IMG/VR virus record: IMGVR_UViG_3300010396_000042
Coordinates: 1 to 64,000 of that record
Source: a virus
Direction: 5' to 3' (one strand)
DNA length: 64,000 bases
The position numbers and the translations under genes are program-made. Shown here piece by piece: positions 56,904 to 64,000 of the stretch; the stretch's first letter is position 1, and each line of letters starts with the position of its first letter. The notes beneath the pieces are model-generated. The model was not told the origin of the DNA. It did no database searches and saw nothing but the letters and a program-made list of their open reading frames with translations.

Positions 56904-57083
56904 GTGTATTCCAAGCCCTCGCTCGGCGCCGCCGCCGGTACCGCCGTCGCCGCCCCCGCCGTCCTCGGCGGCGACGCCACCTGGTACATCCTTTCCGGCA
57001 TTCTCGTCCTGGTCGTCGCCGGCCTGGTGACCGTCCGGATCGTCGGGCGCCGGGGCGGCCGCGGCCGCGGCGGGCGGCACTGA
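56904..57083 (+). CDS. 59-aa single-pass membrane protein coupled to the GT2 (absent from the ORF track)
   Basis: MYSKPSLGAAAGTAVAAPAVLGGDATWYILSGILVLVVAGLVTVRIVGRRGGRGRGGRH; TGATG overlap with the GT2 start. Confidence 0.65.
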   Translation: MYSKPSLGAAAGTAVAAPAVLGGDATWYILSGILVLVVAGLVTVRIVGRRGGRGRGGRH

Positions 57084-58414
57084 TGCGCCGCTGCCTGCAG
57101 CGCCACCTACGGCCGCACGTCCCGATCGGCGTTTTCGCCGTGATCGGCGCCGTGCTGTGGTGGGACTGGCGTTTCACCCACGGCCCGAGCTGGTACGGCA
57201 TCGCCGTACTCGGGCTGCTGACCGCGAAGCTCGCCCTCTCCCTCGGCTCCCGCCCGTATCAGGCATCCGGGGCCGGCGCTGCCCGCGTCGCGCACCTCAA
57301 GGCCGTGGCGGTGATCACCTGCTACAACGAGAAACCCGACCTGCTGCGCGCCTGCCTGCGTTCCCTGCTGGAGCAGTCCCGCCGCCCGCGGGCCCTGGTC
57401 GTGGTCGACGACGCCTCCACCGACCCGGCCTGCCGCCGCGTCGCCGAGAGCTTCGCGCCGCGCTTCGCCCGCGCCGGCATCGACTTCCGGGTGATCGCCT
57501 TCAAGGAGAACAAGGGCAAGCGCCACGCCCTGGCGGCCGCGTTCGACGCGCACCCGAAGGCCGACGTGTACGTGTGCGTCGACTCCGACACCCACCTGGA
57601 CCCGGACGCCGTGCGCAACGTGCTGCAACCCTTCGCGTCCCGCCGCACCAACGCCGTCACCGGCCTCGTCCTGGCCAGCAACGCCCGGCAGAACCTGCTC
57701 ACCCGGCTGATCGACCTGCGCTACGCCAACGCGTTCCTCTACGAGCGCGCCGCCTACAGCCTGCTCGGCTCCGTGCTGTGCTGCTGCGGCTCCCTCGCGG
57801 CCTACCGCGGCAGCGTGGTGCGCGAGCACCTCGGGGACTTCCTCGGCCAGCAGTTCCTCGGCCGCGCCTGCACCTACGGCGACGACCGGCGCCTGACCCA
57901 GTACGCGCTGCTGCGCGGCCGCGTCGTCCTGCAACCCAACGCCGTGGCGTGGACCGAGGTACCCAGCAACCTGCCCTGGTACATCCGCCAGCAGAACCGC
58001 TGGAACAAAAGCTTCTTCCGAGAATCCCTGTGGACCGTGACCAGGGCGCGCATGCACCGGCCCGCGTTCTGGCTCGCCGCGGTCGAACTCGGCTCCTGGG
58101 CCACGTTCACCATCGCGCTGCTCACCGCCCTGGTCGCCCTGCCACTGCGCGCAGGGCACGTGCACGGCTCCTGGTCTCTCGCAGGCGCCTACGCGATGTA
58201 CGCGATGCTGCTGTCCTACGCCCGCTCCGCCCGGTACGTCGAAGTGCGGCACGTGGCCATGCCCTGGCCCGAGCGGATCGGCAGCTACCTGCTCGCCCCG
58301 CTCTACGGCCTGCTCAACCTCGGGCTGCTGCTGTGGGTGCGCCTCTACTCCCTGGCCACCCTGCGCGACAATGGCTGGGGCACGAGAGCGACTGTCGAGG
58401 CGGTGAGTTCGTGA
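57083..58414 (+). CDS. Processive GT2 glycosyltransferase, hyaluronan synthase/NodC-like
   Basis: VVDDAS, GKRHAL, VDSD, CCGSLAAYR, GDDRRLT, QQNRWNKS and terminal WGTR; TM helices at both ends. Confidence 0.88.
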   Translation: MRRCLQRHLRPHVPIGVFAVIGAVLWWDWRFTHGPSWYGIAVLGLLTAKLALSLGSRPYQASGAGAARVAHLKAVAVITCYNEKPDLLRACLRSLLEQSRRPRALVVVDDASTDPACRRVAESFAPRFARAGIDFRVIAFKENKGKRHALAAAFDAHPKADVYVCVDSDTHLDPDAVRNVLQPFASRRTNAVTGLVLASNARQNLLTRLIDLRYANAFLYERAAYSLLGSVLCCCGSLAAYRGSVVREHLGDFLGQQFLGRACTYGDDRRLTQYALLRGRVVLQPNAVAWTEVPSNLPWYIRQQNRWNKSFFRESLWTVTRARMHRPAFWLAAVELGSWATFTIALLTALVALPLRAGHVHGSWSLAGAYAMYAMLLSYARSARYVEVRHVAMPWPERIGSYLLAPLYGLLNLGLLLWVRLYSLATLRDNGWGTRATVEAVSS

Positions 58415-59298
58415 TGGTCTCCGACGTCATCGCGAACGTGCGGCCCCGACACAGCTCCGGCGACCTGCGGATGCTCAATCCTGTCGAGCGCAAAGCTGCA
58501 CTGATGGCCTGGGGTGGCGCGGACCTGGTGGACATCGCGACCGAGACGGGTATGCCCTTTCAGCACGTCCGGGAAGCCGTCGCATTGCAGGCCAAATGGA
58601 GACGCGAGCCGCCGCCGCCCGGCTGGGATCCTGGTCCGCAACCCGAACCGGTGCCGGATCCGGATCCGGATCCGGATCCGGATCCGCTCGGCGAGGTCGG
58701 CGATCTCTCCTCACCCCTGCCGGTCTACGCAGGCGGCATCGATCGCTTACCAGCCGAGGATCGAGCGGACCTGGAACGCGGGCAGGAAAACATCCAGCGC
58801 CTGCTCGACCAGGCGCAGGCCGAGGAGGGGCGGGACGCCGAACTCGAGCAGCTCGTCCAACCGCGCCCCGCACCACGACCGGTCTCGATCTCGATGGGCG
58901 GAATGGACATCGCGCAAACCGTGCGCGCCGGCGAACGCAGCGACGATGCGCACGCCAGAGCGCTGGCGGGGCGTATCCGCCGCCAGGTCAACGAACTGAG
59001 CGCATACCTCGCCACGAAGACGGAGATCGACCTCGCCCATCAGCGAATCAGCACGCTGCAAGACGAGGTCGAATCCCTCAAGAGGATCGTCCGGCACCGC
59101 GAATCGCACCGCCCGGCCAATGCCCGGGCCGCTGCGAGAGAGCCAACCGCACCCGTGATCAAGGCGACGGACGACATGAGGTACTCGACGACAGTGCGGG
59201 ACTGGGCACGACTACACGGCCTTGCGGTCGCAGACAGAGGCCGCATCGCCAACAGCGTCGTCCAGGCGTACCTGGCGGCGCATCCCGCCGAGCGCTAG
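58414..59298 (+). CDS. Protein with (PD)n linker, coiled coil and Lsr2 DNA-binding domain
   Basis: TVRDWARLHGLAVADRGRIANSVVQAY (RGR AT-hook-like); five CCGGAT repeats at 58654-58683. Confidence 0.8.
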   Translation: MVSDVIANVRPRHSSGDLRMLNPVERKAALMAWGGADLVDIATETGMPFQHVREAVALQAKWRREPPPPGWDPGPQPEPVPDPDPDPDPDPLGEVGDLSSPLPVYAGGIDRLPAEDRADLERGQENIQRLLDQAQAEEGRDAELEQLVQPRPAPRPVSISMGGMDIAQTVRAGERSDDAHARALAGRIRRQVNELSAYLATKTEIDLAHQRISTLQDEVESLKRIVRHRESHRPANARAAAREPTAPVIKATDDMRYSTTVRDWARLHGLAVADRGRIANSVVQAYLAAHPAER

Positions 59299-59624
59299 AC
59301 GATGGCGGCGCGTCGTGTCCTGCGCATGGCGCGCCGCGCCGCCCGCGTCCCGTTCGCCTCTTTCGCGGCGCGACTCAGTGCCCGGCTGGCCATCACAGCG
59401 CGCCCGATCTTCGCCGCGCAGTGCTCGCCGAGCCGCGCCGCGGTCGACGCCTCGGCATGCACCGGGTGCTTGCACACCGAGCACTTCACCGGGCCCGAAG
59501 CGTCCTGGGCCGCGATCCACGCGCGCTCGTACTCCGCGAAATCCGGATCGAGCTCGAAGATCGAGGTCTGACCCTGCGATACGTCCATATCACTATGGTG
59601 CCCGCTGCGTCCGACAATCAGCAC
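59295..59624 (-). CDS. DUF6011-like Zn-ribbon protein
   Basis: CSVCKHPV..EAS.AARLGEHCAAK; start uncertain. Confidence 0.6.
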   Translation of the reverse strand: MLIVGRSGHHSDMDVSQGQTSIFELDPDFAEYERAWIAAQDASGPVKCSVCKHPVHAEASTAARLGEHCAAKIGRAVMASRALSRAAKEANGTRAARRAMRRTRRAAIV

Positions 59625-59738
59625 CCCGATTACCAGAAAACCCGCACCGGGACACGGGCACCCGCGAACCTCATTTGTTAGGCCGCCACGCGGCGCAAAT
59701 CATTCGCTGCCGGTGATCCGCACGGCTACCGTGATCTC

Positions 59739-59820
59739 GTCCCGGTGCGATAGGCGACGGTTACTTCCTCTCCTCTCCAGAGAACCCAAGAACACCGCCG
59801 CCGGCCTTCGATCTCGGGGC
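59739..59820 (+). ncRNA. Y RNA-like unit 1 (Ro-binding stem only)
   Basis: 5' CCCGGTGCGATAGG / 3' CTTCGATCTCGGG closing stem; -10-like TACCGT at 59727. Confidence 0.65.
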
Positions 59821-59845
59821 ACACAACTGAACAATGACTGCGAAC

Positions 59846-59980
59846 GCCCGCCAGGTGCGTAGGAGAGAGCTACTTCCAACTTGCTGATTGGGTGGTCCGG
59901 GTTCGAATCCCGGCGGACCTTCGGGTCTGTGGTGTAACGGCAGCACTCTTGTCGCTTTCCCCGATTCGATCTCTGGCGGC
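59846..59980 (+). ncRNA. Y RNA-like unit 2 (YrlA-type permuted tRNA mimic)
   Basis: T arm CCGGG-TTCGAAT-CCCGG, acceptor hairpin CGGACC-TTCG-GGTCTG, D arm GTGT-AACGGCA-GCAC inside a CCAGGTGCG/TTCGATCTCTGG stem. Confidence 0.8.
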
Positions 59981-59997
59981 ACTCGCAGTGGAACGCA

Positions 59998-60102
59998 CCT
60001 CCCGGTGCGCAGGCCACAGGTACTTCTTGGTCACCATGGGTTCAAATCCCATCCGCGCCCTGACCGGCGCGGGGTTCCTGCAGCCGCTTCGATCTCGGGA
60101 GG
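59998..60102 (+). ncRNA. Y RNA-like unit 3 (T arm and acceptor hairpin, no D arm)
   Basis: ATGGG-TTCAAAT-CCCAT, CCGCGCC-CTGACC-GGCGCGG; CCTCCCGGTGCG/CTTCGATCTCGGGAGG stem. Confidence 0.75.
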
Positions 60103-60130
60103 ATCGAACGCTGAACAACTGAATACGGCA

Positions 60131-60284
60131 CCTCCCGGTGCGCAAGGCGAGGAGTTCTTCACAGTCGTCGCGGGTTCAAATCCCGTCGCCCGCAACACGT
60201 GGGGCGTGGCTGAGCGGCCTAAAGCGCAGGGCCCACGAGGCCCTGTTCGACGGACGAGCCTCACCTGTTCTCGATCTCGGGAGG
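60131..60284 (+). ncRNA. Y RNA-like unit 4 (class II-like D arm plus an extra hairpin)
   Basis: GCGGG-TTCAAAT-CCCGT, acceptor hairpin, GCT-GAGCGGCCTAA-AGC, CAGGGCC-CACGA-GGCCCTG. Confidence 0.78.
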
Positions 60285-60296
60285 GACAGCATTGGG

Positions 60297-60439
60297 GTCA
60301 CGCCCGGTGCGCAGGTAACGGGTCCTTCGGAATCAAGGGTTACTGGTTCGAGTCCAGTCGCCGCCCTCACCGGCGGTGTGGCTCAATTGGTAGAGCATTG
60401 GTCTAACAACCCCGTCGCCGCTTCGATCTCGGGCGTGGC
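60297..60439 (+). ncRNA. Y RNA-like unit 5 (YrlA-type)
   Basis: ACTGG-TTCGAGT-CCAGT, CGCCGCC-CTCACC-GGCGGTG, GCTC-AATTGGTA-GAGC; CACGCCCGGTGCG/CTTCGATCTCGGGCGTG stem. Confidence 0.8.
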
Positions 60440-60484
60440 CACTCTTCTCTCCTCCCACCGCATCCGTTCGATGGGAGTCGAGCC

Positions 60485-62140
60485 TTGTCCCGCTTCAACA
60501 CCCCGGCCGCCAAGCCGGCCGTCCACTCCCCGATCGCCACCCAGGCCGTGGCCACCATCAGCACCCATGAGGGCGCGCCGGGTTATGCCCGATCGGACGC
60601 TAAGGGTGAGCTGTTTCTGCTCGCGGTCTCCAACCTGGTGGGCAAGAACACCTTCTACGAGCAGGCCGGCGCCCGTGACGAGCGGTTCGAGCGCCTCATC
60701 CACCAGGTCGCGATCGAGGATCCCGCCTGGCTCTCACGCTTCATCCCCTGGCTGCGCGGCGAGGCCAACATGCGCACCGCGTCCCTGGTCGCGGCCGCGG
60801 AGGCGGTCAAAGCACGCCTGGACGCCGCTAAGGGGACCGCCAACAACCTCGGCGCCCAGCTCACGGTCGGCCAGCAGACCGACGAGCACACCGCGGGCGG
60901 CCAGAACCGCAAGCTGATCGATGCCGCGTGCCAGCGCGCGGACGAGCCCGGAGAGCTGCTCGCCTACTGGACGTCCCGCTACGGTCGCGCGATCCCCAAG
61001 CCGGTCAAGCGCGGCCTGGCCGACGCCGTGCGCCGCCTCTACAGCGAGCGGTCGCTGCTCAAGTACGACACCGACTCCAAGGGCTACCGCTTCGGCGACG
61101 TCATCGACCTCGTACACCCCTCCCCCGCTGTGGACCGGCGCTGGCAGGGCGAGCTGTTCGAGCACGCCCTCGACCGCCGCCACGGGCGCGACAAACCGAT
61201 CCCCGCCGGCCTGTCCACGCTGATCGACCGCGAGCGGCTGATGGCCACACCGCTCGACCAGCGCCGCGAGACACTGCGCCGACACCCCGAGCTCCTTGCG
61301 CGCGCCGGCATGACCTGGGAGGCCCTCGCGGGCTGGCTGCAGGGCCCGATGGACGCCGAGGCGTGGTCGGCGATGATCCCGTCCATGGGGTACTTCGCGC
61401 TGCTGCGCAACCTGCGCAACTTCGACCAGGCCGGCGTGCCCGACGAGGTCGCCGAGAGCGTGGCCGCGCGCCTCGCGGACCCATCACAGGTCGCATCCTC
61501 CCGCCTGTTCCCGTTCCGGTTCTACGCCGCGCACAAGAACACCGGCTCGCTGCGCTGGGGCCACGCCCTGGAGAAGGCGCTGCGCGCGTCCCTCTCCAAC
61601 ATCCCGGCGCTTCCCGGCCGCACGCTGGTGCTCATCGACCAGTCGCCGTCGATGTTCCCCGGCTTCCACTTCTCAACGCCCAGCGACAGCGACATCTCCG
61701 CCGCGGAGAAGGCCGCGCTGTTCGGCGCCGCCGTGGCGCTGCGCGCGCAGAACGCCGACCTGGTCGGGTACGGGCAGAACAACTACCGGGTGCCGTTCGG
61801 CAAGGGCGACGCGGTGTTGGAGGTGATGAAGCGCTTCCGGATGGACGACGGCACGGACACCCCGCGCGCGATGGTCGAGCACTTCCGCGGCCATGACCGG
61901 GTGCTGATCGTCACCGACGAGCAGACCGCGTACTCGAACACCGGCCGCACCGTCGACAACGCCGTGCCGGCCAACGTTCCTGTCTACACCTGGAACCTCG
62001 CCGGTTACCGGCCCGGGCACGCCCCATCCGGCACGAGGAACCGCCACACCTTCGGCGGCCTGACCGACCACGCCTTCAAGATGGTGCCGCTGCTCGAGGC
62101 GGGACGGGGCCAGCAGTGGGATGTCGTATTCGGCAAATAG
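60485..62140 (+). CDS. Ro60/Rsr orthologue (TROVE + vWA domains)
   Basis: ELFLLAV..TFYE, LRGEANMRT, RADEPGELLAY, KPVKRG..LLKYD, ALLRNLRN, TLVLIDQSPSM (MIDAS-like), LIVTDEQ; TTG start with GGGAG RBS. Confidence 0.92.
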   Translation: MSRFNTPAAKPAVHSPIATQAVATISTHEGAPGYARSDAKGELFLLAVSNLVGKNTFYEQAGARDERFERLIHQVAIEDPAWLSRFIPWLRGEANMRTASLVAAAEAVKARLDAAKGTANNLGAQLTVGQQTDEHTAGGQNRKLIDAACQRADEPGELLAYWTSRYGRAIPKPVKRGLADAVRRLYSERSLLKYDTDSKGYRFGDVIDLVHPSPAVDRRWQGELFEHALDRRHGRDKPIPAGLSTLIDRERLMATPLDQRRETLRRHPELLARAGMTWEALAGWLQGPMDAEAWSAMIPSMGYFALLRNLRNFDQAGVPDEVAESVAARLADPSQVASSRLFPFRFYAAHKNTGSLRWGHALEKALRASLSNIPALPGRTLVLIDQSPSMFPGFHFSTPSDSDISAAEKAALFGAAVALRAQNADLVGYGQNNYRVPFGKGDAVLEVMKRFRMDDGTDTPRAMVEHFRGHDRVLIVTDEQTAYSNTGRTVDNAVPANVPVYTWNLAGYRPGHAPSGTRNRHTFGGLTDHAFKMVPLLEAGRGQQWDVVFGK

Positions 62141-62150
62141 GCTCGCTGGC

Positions 62151-62885
62151 ATGGGTCGTCCCCGCCAGCCGTGGAAGCTTCCTTTCGAGGAGGTCCGCCG
62201 CCGATATGAATCAGGCGAGTCCGCACTTTCACTCGCGGTCGAGTGCGGGCTCGCTACCTACCATCCCGTTCTCCAGGCGCTTCGCGAATCGGGTGTCCCG
62301 ATCAGGAATCCCGGAGGCCAAGCTGGCCCGCGCCCGAACCATACATCTCAGAAGGAAACGAGGACCTGCAGCGGGCTGAACTGCCAAAACACGTTCACGG
62401 CTAATCCGTCGATGAACAAGCGATTCTGTTCGCCGTCCTGCCGGTACACGTCACCTGAGTTGGCAGCACTCCGGACCGCGAACATCAAGAACCGTCACGA
62501 GCTCACATCCGTCGACGAGGAGAATCTCACCGCGACCTGCTCGGTCTGCGGACCTACCGACATCCGGGAGCGCCACGAGAAACGCCGGTTTCCTGGCCAA
62601 AGGAGGTGGCGCTGTCGGGGTGCCGAGCGTGCAGCGGTCTGGGCGCGGCACTACGGCATTGAAGCCGAAACGGTACACAAAATGTGGAGCGCACAGGACG
62701 AGCGGTGCGCGATCTGCCGGACCGCTTTGGGCCGCAAGTTCTACATCGACCACTGCCATTCGACTGGCCGCGTCCGAGGGCTACTCTGCCACTACTGCAA
62801 CGCCGGAATTGGACTGTTTTACGACGATCCAACACGGTTGGCTGCGGCGATCGAGTACTTACTCGCTGCTTCCGCCGCGCACTAA
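62151..62885 (+). CDS. HTH + endonuclease VII putative homing endonuclease
   Basis: RRRYESGES...LRESGV.IR; YGI..Q.ERCAIC..IDHCHSTGRVRGLLCHYCNAGIG. Confidence 0.85.
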   Translation: MGRPRQPWKLPFEEVRRRYESGESALSLAVECGLATYHPVLQALRESGVPIRNPGGQAGPRPNHTSQKETRTCSGLNCQNTFTANPSMNKRFCSPSCRYTSPELAALRTANIKNRHELTSVDEENLTATCSVCGPTDIRERHEKRRFPGQRRWRCRGAERAAVWARHYGIEAETVHKMWSAQDERCAICRTALGRKFYIDHCHSTGRVRGLLCHYCNAGIGLFYDDPTRLAAAIEYLLAASAAH

Positions 62886-62904
62886 AGAAGTCGCACCATC
62901 GAAT

Positions 62905-62940
62905 CGGCCCCGACCGTCGTCCAGACGGTCGGGGCCGCTT
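62905..62940 (+). terminator. Hairpin terminator
   Basis: 14-bp perfect stem CGGCCCCGACCGTC/GACGGTCGGGGCCG; weak T tail. Confidence 0.65.
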
Positions 62941-63069
62941 GCTGCGCACGCCCGCAGCTGCTGCCGATCCACTACGCACTCCCGACGGTACAAGGCATGC
63001 GCGAAGCACCCCGGCATTTCGATCGCGGCGAAAAAGTTTTGATATGCGCGGATATGAGACCGTGCGTGT

Positions 63070-63999
63070 ATGCACGCGGATTCACGCTCTAGCGCTGCCG
63101 GAAACCCCCGGCGCGACCGTATCCGCGCTGCGCAGCGCCGCGGGAAGATCGGCGTGGTGACGTTCACCGTGCTCTGGGTCGCGATGTGCACGGCGAGGAT
63201 CAGTGGCTTCGACTTCCTGGCGTGGTGTCTCGCCCCGTTCGCCGCGGCCGCCTTCGCGTTCACCGTGCGCACGATCGTGCTGACGGGCCGGATGCGCGTG
63301 CAATACCAGCGCGAGGTCGACGAGCGCGCGGTTGAGGCTGCGCGGCGCGAGAAGCTGCGCCAGCAGCTGCACACCCTCGTGGCGCCGGACGCCGTCGACG
63401 GGCAGTGCCCGGTGTGCGGGCTCGACGACCTGGACGAGCTCGCCGCCGTCGACCAGGAGCTCGAGGAAGGCGCTGACAGCCGCTTCACCCGGGTCAGGAC
63501 CTACGGTTCGCACCGTGCCCACGCGGAGTGCGCCGAACTCGTGCCATACAAGCCGAGCCCCACCGAGGCCGCGATCGCAGAACACGAGCTCAACCATCAC
63601 GGCGCGCAGATCGCTCGCATGATTGGGTGCCCGCTGTGCGCGCAGGAGACCCGTGAGCAGCTCGCGAACGATCCCGATCTCGACCAGCCGCCGCCACCGC
63701 CAGCACCGTCGGCCGGGTTCGGCGTCACGATGGCCGAGCTCGAACGGGCACTGCGCAACGCCTTCGGCGTCCAGCCGATGATCCTCGGCGACCCGATGCG
63801 CGTCACGGAGCTAACCGAGCGGCAGCTGCGCGCACAACTCGAAGAGCTGGCCCGGCGCGAACGCGCGCTCTACAAGTACGCCGCGGCCCCCACGGTCGAT
63901 AGGCGGCCCGTCCCCCGTCCCGGCGACATGGTCGGGCCCTGGGTTTTGCAAGGGCTGCCGCTCCCGCCGCGGACTGAAGAGAAAGGCGATCCACGGTGA
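63070..63999 (+). CDS. Membrane protein with Zn-finger motifs
   Basis: Two TM segments, CPVC..HAEC, CPLC; start may be 63157. Confidence 0.6.
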   Translation: MHADSRSSAAGNPRRDRIRAAQRRGKIGVVTFTVLWVAMCTARISGFDFLAWCLAPFAAAAFAFTVRTIVLTGRMRVQYQREVDERAVEAARREKLRQQLHTLVAPDAVDGQCPVCGLDDLDELAAVDQELEEGADSRFTRVRTYGSHRAHAECAELVPYKPSPTEAAIAEHELNHHGAQIARMIGCPLCAQETREQLANDPDLDQPPPPPAPSAGFGVTMAELERALRNAFGVQPMILGDPMRVTELTERQLRAQLEELARRERALYKYAAAPTVDRRPVPRPGDMVGPWVLQGLPLPPRTEEKGDPR

Positions 64000-64000
64000 G

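Noticed and set aside
57157-58413. N-terminal extension of the second Lsr2 protein
   Set aside because: Shadow frame of the GT2 gene; a coupled start exists at 58411/58414
59890-60400. Cluster of canonical tRNA genes
   Set aside because: T arms precede D arms, acceptor stems are closed by loops, and there are no CCA ends or standard anticodon arms
59739-60439. CRISPR array
   Set aside because: The repeated motifs are two complementary half-stems enclosing structured interiors of variable length, not identical direct repeats with uniform spacers; no cas genes are present
59700-60480. Short ORFs predicted across the ncRNA array
   Set aside because: No RBS or coding-like codon bias; better explained as structured RNA

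Overview
This window is about 64 kb of a high-GC temperate siphovirus-type actinophage, probably from a Streptomyces-like filamentous host (Streptomyces-type DnaA boxes; WhiH-, WhiB- and Lsr2-like domains). No host genes are seen and phage genes flank an attP-like region on both sides, so it looks like a free or excised genome rather than an integrated prophage. Gene order: packaging and HK97-type head (57-10773); tail (10876-19819); lysis (about 19850-23683); an accessory regulatory cassette of flavoprotein, XRE, resolvase-like, HATPase and STAS genes (23787-26927); attP, tyrosine integrase, immunity switch and excisionase (28350-33207); a long early operon with helicase, methyltransferase, VRR-NUC, an initiator containing an iteron/DnaA-box origin, and many host-regulator-like domains (33296-49401); and a second operon starting with tRNA-Ile(UAU) and containing a hyaluronan-synthase/NodC-like GT2 and two Lsr2-domain proteins. 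The most striking element is at 59739-62140: five tandem, divergent Y-RNA-like ncRNAs directly upstream of a Ro60/TROVE gene. All five share the same closing stem, and four carry circularly permuted tRNA-like domains. Three free-standing endonuclease VII genes are scattered through the genome. All calls come from motif recognition by eye; no database searches were run.
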